Below are positions 31,284 to 42,278 of a DNA stretch of 64,000 nucleotides, one piece after another; the stretch's first letter is position 1; every line of letters begins with the position of its first letter. Source of the DNA: Candidatus Micrarchaeia archaeon. GTDB lineage: Archaea; Micrarchaeota; Micrarchaeia; CABMEP01. The stretch covers positions 1 through 64,000 of the forward strand of contig JAVZXS010000003.1 in assembly GCA_038886535.1 (NCBI GenBank), given 5' to 3'. The notes beneath the pieces are model-generated. The model saw only the letters and a list, made by a program, of their open reading frames with translations, had not been told where the DNA came from and ran no database searches. A program made the translations under genes and the position numbers.

Positions 31284-32072
31284 TTATTGATTCAGTATTT
31301 CTTTTGCTCTCTTTTCAAATTCTTCTCTTAACTCCTTTCCTACAAAATGGCCCTTTCCATAGGCATCAACCTTTGCTGCTATCGCAAGCTTTGATGCCAA
31401 AGCCCTTGCCAGTTTTCCTCTTTTATTTTTAGGTGCAGAGTGTATTAAAGTATGTTGGAATATGATTCCATGTTTAGGTGGTTTTGTTTTTCTTCTTAGA
31501 TGTTTAAACAATGCTTTCTCAGCACCTAGGACCTGAATAGTGCTTGCAGGTAGCTTTGCAAGTTTTTCAAGGCTTCCTACGTGAGAAATTAGCTTTGATG
31601 CTATCTTAGGACCACCTACTTCTACTAAATTTGGACATATCTCTCTAGCAAGCTGCTCTTCGTATTGTTGAAGCTGTAATTTTGTTTCTTCAAGCATTAT
31701 TATTTGTTGGGCAAGTAGTTTTATCGCATCAAGATCTTTTTCTTCCAGTTCTGATCCCATTGTTTTTTCTAATGAATTTATTACTCCTTGTGCTTTTTCA
31801 CCCAGTAGGCTTTGAATTGACTTTTTGGTTGAATTCATATCCTTTTTATTTATCTGTAAAACTAGATTCGAGTATTTTATTCTATCATCAATTTTTAATT
31901 CTGGAAAATAAACACCATACCATTCAGTTAGTCTCTCAAATAGAAGATTTGTTTGTTTTTCTATATCTGTAATTGCATTGTCAGCAAAGACAAGTAGATT
32001 GTCTTTTGATAGGTAAGATTTCTTTATTTTAGCCTTCATCTCCTCAAGAATCTTCATTCTTTTTTTGTCCAT
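31284..32072 (-). CDS. nop5: C/D box RNP protein Nop5/Nop56
   Basis: EWYGVYFPEL, PASTIQVLGAEKALF, PKHGIIFQH. Confidence 0.93.
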   Translation of the reverse strand: MDKKRMKILEEMKAKIKKSYLSKDNLLVFADNAITDIEKQTNLLFERLTEWYGVYFPELKIDDRIKYSNLVLQINKKDMNSTKKSIQSLLGEKAQGVINSLEKTMGSELEEKDLDAIKLLAQQIIMLEETKLQLQQYEEQLAREICPNLVEVGGPKIASKLISHVGSLEKLAKLPASTIQVLGAEKALFKHLRRKTKPPKHGIIFQHTLIHSAPKNKRGKLARALASKLAIAAKVDAYGKGHFVGKELREEFEKRAKEILNQ

Positions 32073-32201
32073 AATACCATCTCTTTCTAATATAATCTAT
32101 ACCTGGTTTTCTCTTAATATATATTAAAGATGCAATTTATTAATTTTACTTTATATTATATTTATTCATTGTTATTTTTCTATACATTTCGAAGTGAGAA
32201 A

Positions 32202-33707
32202 ATGACATCTACTGAAGTAAGAGAAAAGATAATGCAGATCGCATTAAGAAGAGGGATTTTCTTTCCAGCAGCAGAGATATATTCACCAGTTGGAGGAATT
32301 TATGATTTAGGTCCAGTTGGAAGAGCTATTAAGGATAAGATAATTAAGCTTTGGCGTTCAATCTTTATAGAGAGGAATGGATTTCTTGAGATAGAGACAT
32401 CTTTGATACTTCCAGAACCAGTTTTAAAAGCTTCAGGCCACTTAGATCATTTTAGCGATCCGGTCACAACATGTAAGCTTTGTGGCAATAAGTTCAGAGC
32501 AGATCATCTTCTTCAGGAAAACAATGTGAATGTAGAAGGAAAGTCAATAGATGAGATAAATCAGATTTTGAAGGTTGCGGATATCAAATGTCCAACGTGT
32601 GGAAAGAAAGGTTTTTCAGATGTAGAGTTCTTTAATCTCATGTTTAAGACAAACATCGGTCCTGTCGAGGGAACTCCTGGCTATTTAAGGCCTGAAACAG
32701 CGCAAGGAATCTACCTTGCATTCCCTCGTTTATTCAGGGTTTATGGAAAGCTTCCGCTTGCAATAGGACAGGTTGGGAAGTCATTCAGGAACGAAATATC
32801 TCCAAGGCAGGGGTTTGTTAGACTAAGAGAATTTACTCAGATGGAAGTGGAATATTTCTTTGATCCTTCAAATGCAAAGGTTAAGGAAATAGATAGAGTT
32901 CTTAATCGAAAAGTTCCTATTTTGACAAGAGAGAGCCAGGAAGAAGCAAGGAAAAATGGAACAGAACCAAAGGTTTCATTTCTTACTGTGAAAGAACTCA
33001 TAGAAAGAAAAATAGCTCCTAATGAGCCAATGGCATTTTTCCTTGGTCTCGCTTCAGAATTCTATGAGAGATGCGGAATACCTGAAGGAAAGATAAGATT
33101 CAGACATCTTTTCATGGATGAAGTGCCCCATTATTCTGGAGGAAATTTTGATCCAGAGGTAGAAACTTCATATGGCCATATAGAAGTAGCAGGTATTGCA
33201 TATAGAACAGATTATGATTTGAAATCGCATTCTCATCTTTCAGGCAAAGATCTGTCAGTAACTCTGCCAGATGGAAGAAAAATCATTCCGCATGTAGTGG
33301 AACCATCATTAGGAGTGGAGCGTCTTATCTGGGCTATTCTTGAGCATTCATATAGAGGAAAGGATGGTGTCCATGATTGGGAATGGTTTGATCTACCACC
33401 AGAGCTTTCGCCATATGATGTTGCAGTATTTCCACTCATGAAAAAAGATGGTCTTGCAGAGAAAGCAAATGAAGTCACTGCATTTCTCAGAGGAAAAGGT
33501 CTTTCTGTTCTTTATGATGAATCTGGAAGCATAGGAAAGAGGTATGCAAGAGCAGACGAGATAGGAATGAAATGGGCAGTTACAATAGATTATGATACAC
33601 TTAAAGATGATACAGTTACAATAAGAGATAGAAATACTGCAAAGCAAGTAAGATTGAAAATAAGCGAAATTATGGATTTCATAAAAAATAATTCAAAGAT
33701 TTTATGA
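32202..33707 (+). CDS. glyS: Glycyl-tRNA synthetase (alpha2 type)
   Basis: YLRPETAQG, FRNEISPR, EPSLGVER, SIGKRYARADEIG. Confidence 0.96.
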   Translation: MTSTEVREKIMQIALRRGIFFPAAEIYSPVGGIYDLGPVGRAIKDKIIKLWRSIFIERNGFLEIETSLILPEPVLKASGHLDHFSDPVTTCKLCGNKFRADHLLQENNVNVEGKSIDEINQILKVADIKCPTCGKKGFSDVEFFNLMFKTNIGPVEGTPGYLRPETAQGIYLAFPRLFRVYGKLPLAIGQVGKSFRNEISPRQGFVRLREFTQMEVEYFFDPSNAKVKEIDRVLNRKVPILTRESQEEARKNGTEPKVSFLTVKELIERKIAPNEPMAFFLGLASEFYERCGIPEGKIRFRHLFMDEVPHYSGGNFDPEVETSYGHIEVAGIAYRTDYDLKSHSHLSGKDLSVTLPDGRKIIPHVVEPSLGVERLIWAILEHSYRGKDGVHDWEWFDLPPELSPYDVAVFPLMKKDGLAEKANEVTAFLRGKGLSVLYDESGSIGKRYARADEIGMKWAVTIDYDTLKDDTVTIRDRNTAKQVRLKISEIMDFIKNNSKIL

Positions 33708-33744
33708 TAAGAAAAAGTTTATAAATAATAAATACATATATTAC

Positions 33745-33915
33745 TATCAGAAATTTCAAAGACTTTTTTAAGATTGTTTTCTAACGTGCCAATCTTAAAG
33801 TCTTGTTTTTAACATTATTTGGTACGTTTATGTGCTGTATATAAATCTAAACATTGGCTTAATCAGATTAGACTAAAGTCCAAAGATTTAACAGCACATT
33901 CATAAAGGTGAAAAA
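33745..33915 (+). promoter_or_regulatory. Putative structured leader or ncRNA upstream of the PIN-ATPase gene
   Basis: Several complementary segments, including a possible pseudoknot, downstream of TATA-like TTTATAAATA. Confidence 0.45.
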
Positions 33916-35430
33916 ATGTCAGAAGAAATTAAAGACAAAAAAGAAATAGATGAAATAAAAAATACAAGTGAGATGAAGGAAACAAAGGAAATTAGATCAA
34001 GAAATCCAAGATCTATGATCAAGGAAGATAAATTTGATCTAAAGGGAAAAAGAGTAATAGTTCCAGATACTTCAGTCATAATCGATGGGAGACTGAGCGA
34101 GATTCTTAAGGAAAAGAATATTCAGCAGATTAGAGTAGTTATACACAAGGCTTCAGTGGGTGAGCTCGAACACCAGGCAAATTCTGGAAAAGAAATAGGT
34201 TTCAGTGGACTTGCTGAGATAAAGCTTCTTAGGGAGTTTTCTCAATCAGGTCAGATTGAACTTGAATTCGGTGGGGAAAGAAGCACGGAACTTATGGTAA
34301 AGGCAGCAAAACTTGGAGAGGTTGATGCGGCAATAAGAGAACTTGCGAAACAACTCAATGCAATGCTCATCACTTCAGATAAAGTGCAATCTGAGGTTGC
34401 AAGAGCTGAAGGGATAGACGTAATATATCTTGAGCCAAGAAAATATCTGAGAGAACTTTCTTTTAAACAGTACTTAACTCCAGATACAATTTCTTTGCAT
34501 TTCAAAGAGGACACAGTTCCTCTTGCAAAAAGAGGCAAGCCAGGCAATATTCAATTAGTTCAAGTGAGAAACGAACCCATAACTAAAGAAGAATTAGAGA
34601 TAATGATAAAAGAAATAATTGATACAGCTAGATCTGATAGTAAATCATATTTTGAACTTGATGCAAAAGGAGCAGCAGTTATTCAGTTAAGAGAGTTTAG
34701 GATTGCAATAGCAAGACAGCCATTCTCTGATGGAATTGAAATAACAATAGTCAGACCTATTATGAAAGCATCATTTGATGATTACGCGCTTTCAGATAAA
34801 TTAAGAAAAAGACTTCTTGAGAGAGCAGAAGGAATAATAATATGTGGTTCACCTGGAAGCGGTAAATCAACATTTGCAGCCGCATTGGCTGAGATGTATA
34901 TGAAGAATAAAAAAATAGTTAAAACACTAGAATCTCCAAGAGATTTGCAAGTTCCAGATGAAGTTACGCAATATGCAGCATTAGATGGTAGTTTTGAGAA
35001 AACAGGAGACATTCTTCTTCTTGTAAGACCAGATTATAGTATATACGATGAAATGAGAAAGACAACAGACTTTAAAGTATTTGCAGATTTACGTCTTGCA
35101 GGTATTGGTATGGTGGGGGTAGTTCATGCAACAAGGCCGATCGAGGCAATTCAGAGATTTATAGGGAGAGTAGATTTAGGAATGATACCTCAGATTGTAG
35201 ATACTGTAATCTTCATAAAAGACGGCAAAATCAAAAAAGTTCTTGAATTGAAGATGAAAGTTAAGATTCCATATGGGATGAGAGATAGGGATCTTGCAAG
35301 ACCTGTAGTTCAAGTAAGCGATTTTGAAACTGGAAAGGTGGAATGGGAAATTTATAAATTTGGAGATGAAACAGTAAGTATACAAATAGAATCAGAAGAT
35401 AAGTGGGAAAAACGTAATAGAAAGAGATAA
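33916..35430 (+). CDS. PIN-domain ATPase (PINA family)
   Basis: VPDTSVIIDG, GSPGSGKST, LESPRDL, LLVRPDY..DEMR, GVVHAT. Confidence 0.92.
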   Translation: MSEEIKDKKEIDEIKNTSEMKETKEIRSRNPRSMIKEDKFDLKGKRVIVPDTSVIIDGRLSEILKEKNIQQIRVVIHKASVGELEHQANSGKEIGFSGLAEIKLLREFSQSGQIELEFGGERSTELMVKAAKLGEVDAAIRELAKQLNAMLITSDKVQSEVARAEGIDVIYLEPRKYLRELSFKQYLTPDTISLHFKEDTVPLAKRGKPGNIQLVQVRNEPITKEELEIMIKEIIDTARSDSKSYFELDAKGAAVIQLREFRIAIARQPFSDGIEITIVRPIMKASFDDYALSDKLRKRLLERAEGIIICGSPGSGKSTFAAALAEMYMKNKKIVKTLESPRDLQVPDEVTQYAALDGSFEKTGDILLLVRPDYSIYDEMRKTTDFKVFADLRLAGIGMVGVVHATRPIEAIQRFIGRVDLGMIPQIVDTVIFIKDGKIKKVLELKMKVKIPYGMRDRDLARPVVQVSDFETGKVEWEIYKFGDETVSIQIESEDKWEKRNRKR

Positions 35431-35500
35431 AGAATAAGTAATCAAAAATAAAAGATAGAAAATTAAATAAAGAATAGAATGGATGTTTTATTAATCATCA

Positions 35501-36118
35501 TTATATTTCATCTATGTTTATTTCTTCGTCTTTTCCATTTATCATTTTTCCAAATTCTCTTTCGATTTTTTCCAGTTCTTTTTTAGAAGGAATTTTCTCC
35601 TCATACATGTCATCTCTATCTTCTTTTTGATATTTCTTATTTTCTTTTATTTTATTTAAGCGAGCTTTAATCGAAGCTTTTTGCTTTTGAATCTTCTCCT
35701 TTATCTCTTTTATCTCTTCATCTTTTATATCATAAGTGTCTCTAGAAGATAAAAGTTCTGCTATTGGTTCGAGCAATCTTATAGAATACGAACCACCTAA
35801 TGCTTTTTCAATAGCAGCCGCAACCCTTCTCGTAGTTGAGGGATGATTATTGTTTATTCTCATAACGTGGCAATTATGGATTATGCTAATCGCGATTTCT
35901 TTTTCTTCAAATTTATTCGCTAGATCTATAAAAGGTTTCAATTCGTAATAATCTTCATATACCTCTGATTTCGATAGTCTCATTATAGTTTCATTTAGTA
36001 AGTAAGTATTATTCATTTGTCTGGACTTTATTTTTTTTGCCTCTTTTTCTTCTTTTTCAAATATGTCATCAAACTCATCATCGTTTTTATAACTAAAATT
36101 TTGATTATAGTTTGCCAT
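35501..36118 (-). CDS. Hypothetical charged protein
   Basis: 205-aa ORF, no recognised motif. Confidence 0.6.
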   Translation of the reverse strand: MANYNQNFSYKNDDEFDDIFEKEEKEAKKIKSRQMNNTYLLNETIMRLSKSEVYEDYYELKPFIDLANKFEEKEIAISIIHNCHVMRINNNHPSTTRRVAAAIEKALGGSYSIRLLEPIAELLSSRDTYDIKDEEIKEIKEKIQKQKASIKARLNKIKENKKYQKEDRDDMYEEKIPSKKELEKIEREFGKMINGKDEEINIDEI

Positions 36119-36283
36119 GTTTTTAAAACATCAATTAGGTATATATTTCTTTCGCTTTTTTTCCTTTTAGGTCTTCCATGAATAAGAGAATGAAAATATC
36201 TAGCATGTATAAAATATCTTTTTACCAAATGCAAATTATCAATAAGCAAACCCTTTAGGTCCAACTAATTCTTTTACTTATTC

Positions 36284-37846
36284 TTACTTAAAATAATCCA
36301 AAATCTTTTGCTGTTTTATCTTGGGTGTTTCGTTTTTTTGCTTTTTCTCCTTTTTGCTTTTTTCTTCATTTTTTTCATTGTTTTTTTGTTCGAGTTTCTT
36401 TTTTTCAATAATATCTTTTATTACTCTTTTCATTTTTCTTTCTTTTGCTACAGATACGTATCTGAATATTTCATCTCTTGTACCTTTAGCTATCAAAATT
36501 AGTATCTCACCTTCTTTAAGTCTTCCAACTCTCCCCCTTCTTTGAATCATTCTTATTTCACTGGGAACAGGTTCATAGAAAATTGCAGTATCTGCGGATG
36601 GAATATCAATTCCCTCTTCACCGATTGAGGAGGCAACGAGAACCTGGATCTTACCCTCTGCAAACTCAGCTATTGTTTCTTTTTGTTTTTTATGTGCCGC
36701 ACTTCCTTCCTTTCCTTTTCCTAAGAATTCTTTTGCGCTTATCCCGTTCTCTTTTAATTTTTCAACTATATGGTGCACCTGGTCTCTATATTGGGCAAAG
36801 ACAATTATCTTTTTTCCTTCCCTTTCCTTTATCAGCTCAATTATTTTAGCGATCTTTGGGTGTTCAACACTTTTAACCTTGTTTGCTGCCTGATTGAACC
36901 TCCAGTCAATTCTTTTTTTTCTTTCCTTAAGACGTTCTAAAAATTTAATGTATGCAGTAGGGCTTTCACTTTCGAGAAGTTCTACTCCATGAAATGCATT
37001 GTAAAAAATAGCAAAATGACCAAGAGCAGCCATGTATCTATTTTCTACTAAATTCTTATATACTTGTGAAAGCCTTCCACGTGGCGTCTTTCTTGATACT
37101 GTTATGTTCAATTCGTTTAGTGTCTTTGCCTTTTCATCCATCAATTCATTTAGTAAAGAAATCGCATCCTTTATTTCTTGAGGAAGTTCAACTTCTATCC
37201 ATTTGATTTCTTTTTTAGGAATATATTTTTGCAAATCTTTATCTGTTTCTGTTCTTATTTCTACATTTTCAACTTTTAATGCTTCCATTATTTCTTTTAT
37301 TCTTTCAATATTTCCTCCAGGTGAGGCAGTTAAACCAATTATTGTTTTGTTAGTATTCATTAAACTTTCCTTTTCAATCCTTTCCTGCTCAAAAAATGCA
37401 TTCGTAACATAGGTGTATGCATAATTTCCTACTGCTCTATGGCACTCATCTACTATCAGGCAGGAAAAAGTAGATATTATTCCAGCAGGTTCATTTTCCA
37501 TTGCCGTTTTTTCTATGTCATTTTTAACAGTTTGAGGAGTAGCAATAATTACATCATTCTCTTGATAAATTTGCAGTCTTTCTTTTCTGTTACTTTGTCC
37601 TGTTACTTGAGATATTTTATAATTAGAATCATAGAAAAATTCTTTCAACTTTTTTTCATGCTGATTGACAAGAGGTTTGGTCGGAGCAAGAAATAAGCAT
37701 TTCTCTCCTCTTTTAAGAAAATGTTCAATTATAAGTGCTCCAATTACTGTTTTTCCAGTACCTGTAGGCAGTACAATAAGTGTATTCTTTTTTTCAATTG
37801 CACTTTTTGCTATTTTTTCTTGATATTCTCTAGGAATTATTTGCAT
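36284..37846 (-). CDS. hef: Hef/FANCM-like SF2 helicase without nuclease domain
   Basis: PREYQ, PTGTGKT, DECHRAVGNYAY, TASPG, YEPVPSEIR.IQRRGRVGR. Confidence 0.9.
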   Translation of the reverse strand: MQIIPREYQEKIAKSAIEKKNTLIVLPTGTGKTVIGALIIEHFLKRGEKCLFLAPTKPLVNQHEKKLKEFFYDSNYKISQVTGQSNRKERLQIYQENDVIIATPQTVKNDIEKTAMENEPAGIISTFSCLIVDECHRAVGNYAYTYVTNAFFEQERIEKESLMNTNKTIIGLTASPGGNIERIKEIMEALKVENVEIRTETDKDLQKYIPKKEIKWIEVELPQEIKDAISLLNELMDEKAKTLNELNITVSRKTPRGRLSQVYKNLVENRYMAALGHFAIFYNAFHGVELLESESPTAYIKFLERLKERKKRIDWRFNQAANKVKSVEHPKIAKIIELIKEREGKKIIVFAQYRDQVHHIVEKLKENGISAKEFLGKGKEGSAAHKKQKETIAEFAEGKIQVLVASSIGEEGIDIPSADTAIFYEPVPSEIRMIQRRGRVGRLKEGEILILIAKGTRDEIFRYVSVAKERKMKRVIKDIIEKKKLEQKNNEKNEEKSKKEKKQKNETPKIKQQKILDYFK

Positions 37847-38068
37847 GCTTTAAATCAGATATAAAAAAATATAAATTTAAAGGAACTTTATTTCTGGTAA
37901 TTCTTAAATAATTAAATAAACAAAAATCACAGGAAATAAACATATCTTTTAAATATTTTTATACAAATATATATTACTTGTAATTAATTCTCTTCATTAA
38001 GCGAATCAGGTTCTGATTCTCTTGAAATGATGAAATGGTTGTATAAATTTTCAATAGAAGGTGTTTAA

Positions 38069-39250
38069 TTGAAACTTCCTAATATATATGAAGGAAATTA
38101 CAGTTTGCTTATCATATTTCCTCTTGCACTTATAATAGTAAGTTTATTTTTAATACCTAATTTAAGATACGGAATAGATCTTAAGGGAGGAATGCTGATA
38201 ACAATTCAAACACAAGAACAGATAAGCAATCAACAGATAAAGGAAATTCTCTCACAGAACAATATTTATGACGCAGAGATAAGATTATATCAGACACCAA
38301 ATGGGAATATTGCTGAGATTGAAATAGCTACAGACAGGAGAATAACAGAAATAGATGACAAGCTTATCGAGATGGAGTCACTTCTTAAGGATTCAAGCAC
38401 GATCGAGAGCGAGCTTGCGAGATTGAGATCTGAACAACAAGCAACAGGGAAAGATCTTTCATCCAAGATAGCAGAGGATGAAGCAAAACTAAGTTCTTTA
38501 TCAAGCAAAGCGAAAGAATTGCAATCTCAAATATTTTCACTATCAGAGGAATTAATGGGTAGGAAAGCTGTTACACAGCAGGAAAGTTCAGATGATATAT
38601 CTAAAATAATGAAAGCATCAAATGCAGTATTTGCAGAGGCAAAGGTTGTTTACAAGGACAGATTAATTTCTGCTTTATCTTCTTCTATTAGTAATTCAGA
38701 TATGAAATTAGAGGAAGTGAGTCCTGCATTAAGCAGACTTTTCGTAAGCAAGGTGCTCAACATCGCATTGATCTCTGCTCTATTGGCGATTGTGGTGGTA
38801 TTTCTTATATTCAGAACATTCATTCCATCCTTTGCAGTTCTTATAGGAGCAACTTCTGATATTATCATGGCTTTAGGTGCTATGGCATTTTTCGGAATCC
38901 CATTAACCCTTGCTTCTTTCGTTACATTAATGACATTGGCAGCCCTTTCATTAGATACTGACATGATGCTTACAATCAAGACAGTTAAAAGAAGAGAAGG
39001 TACTCCGAGAGAAAGAGCATATGATGCATTCAGAACAGGGTTTGCGATGACTACAACAGTTATAGTGGCATTTGCAATATTGATGTTCTTAGGAATGTAC
39101 ACTCACATTCCAACTTATTACCAGATCGGTTCCGTAGCAGTTGCAGGTCTAATAGGAGATCTCATTGCTACCTGGTGCCTCAATTCAGTTTTGATACTTT
39201 GGTATTTGGAGGGCAAATATGAAAATCTCGCTCGCCTGGTTAAAAGATAA
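38069..39250 (+). CDS. secF: Protein translocase subunit SecF
   Basis: GIDLKGG, six TM helices, SLDTDMMLT. Confidence 0.9.
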   Translation: MKLPNIYEGNYSLLIIFPLALIIVSLFLIPNLRYGIDLKGGMLITIQTQEQISNQQIKEILSQNNIYDAEIRLYQTPNGNIAEIEIATDRRITEIDDKLIEMESLLKDSSTIESELARLRSEQQATGKDLSSKIAEDEAKLSSLSSKAKELQSQIFSLSEELMGRKAVTQQESSDDISKIMKASNAVFAEAKVVYKDRLISALSSSISNSDMKLEEVSPALSRLFVSKVLNIALISALLAIVVVFLIFRTFIPSFAVLIGATSDIIMALGAMAFFGIPLTLASFVTLMTLAALSLDTDMMLTIKTVKRREGTPRERAYDAFRTGFAMTTTVIVAFAILMFLGMYTHIPTYYQIGSVAVAGLIGDLIATWCLNSVLILWYLEGKYENLARLVKR

Positions 39251-40769
39251 ACGTGTAATATTCATAATGCTGCTCACAGCAGCTATGCTTTTGCTTCTCT
39301 ATTTTAAGGGAGCTAATTTTGGATTAGAGTTTACAGGAGGAACAAGAATTCCAATCACTCTTGAAAAACCAGTTTCAAAGGCAACTATGGATGAGATTGT
39401 AAATACAATTAAACTCAGGGTAAGTAAATTCGGATTAAGCCAGGTTGTAGTTCGATCAGTTGGTGATCAGCAGGTTTATGTCGAGCTTCCAGCTTCTTCT
39501 GATCAAGCCTACATTCAACAGGTTAAGGATATTCTTAGTTCTGAAGGAAAGTTTGAAGCCATAATTGACGGAACAACTGCAATAACTGGAGAGCACATAA
39601 TAAGCGGAAGCATTAGAGATATGCCGTCAGTGAGTGGAAATACTATAAGATGGGGAGTAGGATTTGTTGTCAACCAAGAAGGTGCTAAGAAATTTGCTAA
39701 TGCCGCATATGGAAAAGCCAACTATCCTGTTTATCTGTTTCTAGATAAGGCAGAAGATTCAGTAATTGTTATGAGAGAAATCTATCTTGAAAATATCACT
39801 GTTCCAATAGAAGATGTTAAAAAGCAGCTTTCAACAGTTGCATCTTATGGACAAAATTCAGTAGTATTCGTGGATCCGAACGATGATATAGAGGCTCAAA
39901 TTGCATTAATATTATCTCAAAATAAGACAAAGATAATTATTTCACAAGAAGAATCGGTTTTAATTTCTAAAATTGATAAATCGTATAAAGTTATTTCAAA
40001 ACCCACTTCTGAATTCATTCCAGAAGTAATCAACATGGGGCTTGAAGGAATAACATTGAATCAATGGAGTGCGATCGGTCTTCTTTCAGCTCCAACGCTC
40101 AGTCCTGCACTTGCAACAGGACAGATCTCACAGCAGTTCAGTATAGAGGGAACTGCTAAAGGTGATACCTATCAAGAAAGGCAGGAATATGCAATTGCAG
40201 AGATGAAGAGAATAAAAAGTATTCTAAGCGGAGGTGCTCTCCCAGTTTCTATTGAATTGGGAAGTATAATATATGTGCCACCTTCTTTAGGTAACGAGTT
40301 TCTTAATTATAGTATCATAGGAATGATTGTAGCAGGAGTAATAGTTCTTCTCTTCATTGCTTTTAGGTACAGGCATCCTGAACATATTTTCCCTCTTGTT
40401 TTTGTTGCCACCACTCAAATGATAATATTGATTTCATTCATGGCAGCAGTTGGAACGCTTGACCTATCAACAATCGCAGGATTATTCGGAACATTAGGAA
40501 CATCAGTTGACTACCAGATAGTTATAACTGATGAGATTTTAGGAAGAAGCGCGGGTGGAAGAGACGAAGCGAAAAGAAGGCTTGAAAAGGCAAAATACAT
40601 CATAAGCAGAGATGTAGGAGTGCTTACTGTAGTTATGCTTCCTCTTATGTTTTCAAATATCGTTGAGATTATAGGATTTGCGACAGCAACACTCTTAGGT
40701 GCACTGCTTGGTCTTGCAATAACTACTTTAGTATATAACGCAGTTATTGAAAAAACATACGAAGAATAA
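39219..40769 (+). CDS. secD: Protein translocase subunit SecD
   Basis: FGLEFTGGT, LSGGALP, GTSVDYQIVITDE. Confidence 0.9.
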   Translation: MKISLAWLKDKRVIFIMLLTAAMLLLLYFKGANFGLEFTGGTRIPITLEKPVSKATMDEIVNTIKLRVSKFGLSQVVVRSVGDQQVYVELPASSDQAYIQQVKDILSSEGKFEAIIDGTTAITGEHIISGSIRDMPSVSGNTIRWGVGFVVNQEGAKKFANAAYGKANYPVYLFLDKAEDSVIVMREIYLENITVPIEDVKKQLSTVASYGQNSVVFVDPNDDIEAQIALILSQNKTKIIISQEESVLISKIDKSYKVISKPTSEFIPEVINMGLEGITLNQWSAIGLLSAPTLSPALATGQISQQFSIEGTAKGDTYQERQEYAIAEMKRIKSILSGGALPVSIELGSIIYVPPSLGNEFLNYSIIGMIVAGVIVLLFIAFRYRHPEHIFPLVFVATTQMIILISFMAAVGTLDLSTIAGLFGTLGTSVDYQIVITDEILGRSAGGRDEAKRRLEKAKYIISRDVGVLTVVMLPLMFSNIVEIIGFATATLLGALLGLAITTLVYNAVIEKTYEE

Positions 40770-40880
40770 AGATAAATTTTGAAGATGATAAGTTTAATAA
40801 TTTTGTAACATATTAATTTCAATAAAAGATTAAGTCAAAACAAATAATTAAGACAAAGATATTTTCAATTAGGTGATATC

Positions 40881-41093
40881 ATGATAGAAGAAGGCATGGT
40901 TTGCATTAAAAAAACAGGAAGAGATGCTGGAGAAAAATGTGTTGTAATCAATGTATTAGACAATCAATTTGTTGAGATTGTTTCAAAGAAAAGGAAACAG
41001 GCAAGAAAGGCAAACATACTGCATCTTTCACCCTTGGGTAAAAAAGTAAATCCAAAGTCAGAAGAAGAGATAAAGGCAGCCCTTAATGAGTAA
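40881..41093 (+). CDS. rpl14e: Ribosomal protein eL14
   Basis: GMVCIKKTGRDAGEKCVV, NILHL. Confidence 0.9.
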   Translation: MIEEGMVCIKKTGRDAGEKCVVINVLDNQFVEIVSKKRKQARKANILHLSPLGKKVNPKSEEEIKAALNE

Positions 41094-41193
41094 GAAACAA
41101 TCTGTCATTTTTATTTTTGCACTAATTTTTATTTCTTTTCATTCTTTATTTTAATTTAATACAATTGTTTAGTATTCTCTATTTGGTGCCAGT

Positions 41194-42162
41194 ATGGACG
41201 AATTAGTTTATATAAAAAGAGATTTTAAGTCAAATCCAGCTTATGGCGTTCCACCTAGAAAGAGGACAATAGAACAGCTTTTGAATACAGGTTTTATAAA
41301 TTTAGACAAGCCTAAAGGTCCAACCAGTCATCAAGCAGTTGCGCAGATAAGAAAAATCCTTGGTGTGAAAAAAGCAGGTCACACTGGAACACTCGATCCC
41401 GAGGTATCTGGAGTTCTTCCAATTCTGCTTGGTTCATCTGTTTATGCTGCATCGTATCTAAATAAGGATAAGGAGTATGTTGGTGTGATGCATCTGCATA
41501 AAAATGTAGAAGAACGAAAAATAAAAGATTCGTTTGAAAAGTTTAAAGGAGAGATAACACAACTTCCACCAGTAAAATCTGCAGTTGCAAGAAAACCAAG
41601 AAAGAGGAAAGTCTATGAATTAGAAATAATTGAAATAGATGGAAGGGACGTTCTCTTTCGCGCCAAAGTTGAGGCAGGCACTTATATAAGAAAGTTAATT
41701 CATGATATTGGTCAATATTTAGAAGTAGGGGCAAACATGACTGATTTAAGAAGAATTTCTGTTATGGATTTGACTGAGAATGATTCAGTAACTCTTCATG
41801 AGATTGCAGAGGCTTCATGGCTTTTTAAACATGAGAATGATGACAGACTTTTAAGAGAATATGTTCTACCAATAGAAGATGTATTGGATAAATTCGGGAT
41901 TAAATTTATATGGGTTTCAGATTATGCCGTCGATCCATTATGTTCTGGCGCTCAACTTATGGAACCTGGAGTAGTCGCATTTAATCAAGGAATAAAAGAA
42001 GGAGAAACAGTAGCAATTATGACGCTTAAGGATGAACTTATAGGTTTTGCATCTTCTTTATATTCTTCAGAAGATTTGATAGAGATAGAAAACAAACAAG
42101 TTACAAAGACACTCAGAATAATTATGCCGAGAGGAATTTATCCTAAGTGGCAGAAAAAGTAG
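41194..42162 (+). CDS. cbf5: Pseudouridine synthase Cbf5
   Basis: DKPKGPTSH, GHTGTLDP, AGTYIRKL, PUA domain. Confidence 0.95.
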   Translation: MDELVYIKRDFKSNPAYGVPPRKRTIEQLLNTGFINLDKPKGPTSHQAVAQIRKILGVKKAGHTGTLDPEVSGVLPILLGSSVYAASYLNKDKEYVGVMHLHKNVEERKIKDSFEKFKGEITQLPPVKSAVARKPRKRKVYELEIIEIDGRDVLFRAKVEAGTYIRKLIHDIGQYLEVGANMTDLRRISVMDLTENDSVTLHEIAEASWLFKHENDDRLLREYVLPIEDVLDKFGIKFIWVSDYAVDPLCSGAQLMEPGVVAFNQGIKEGETVAIMTLKDELIGFASSLYSSEDLIEIENKQVTKTLRIIMPRGIYPKWQKK

Positions 42163-42278
42163 GTTCTAATAAACTGATCATTAAATCAGATCATAAGAGA
42201 AATATAAAAAGAAAAACTCAACTTTATATTATCAAAATATAAAAATTTTATCTTATAATTATATATTAAAATTTTAAT

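Noticed and set aside
33916..37846. PIN-ATPase as a toxin or pilus ATPase; Hef without nuclease as a pseudogene
   Set aside because: Both fit known archaeal DNA-repair protein forms and have intact motifs
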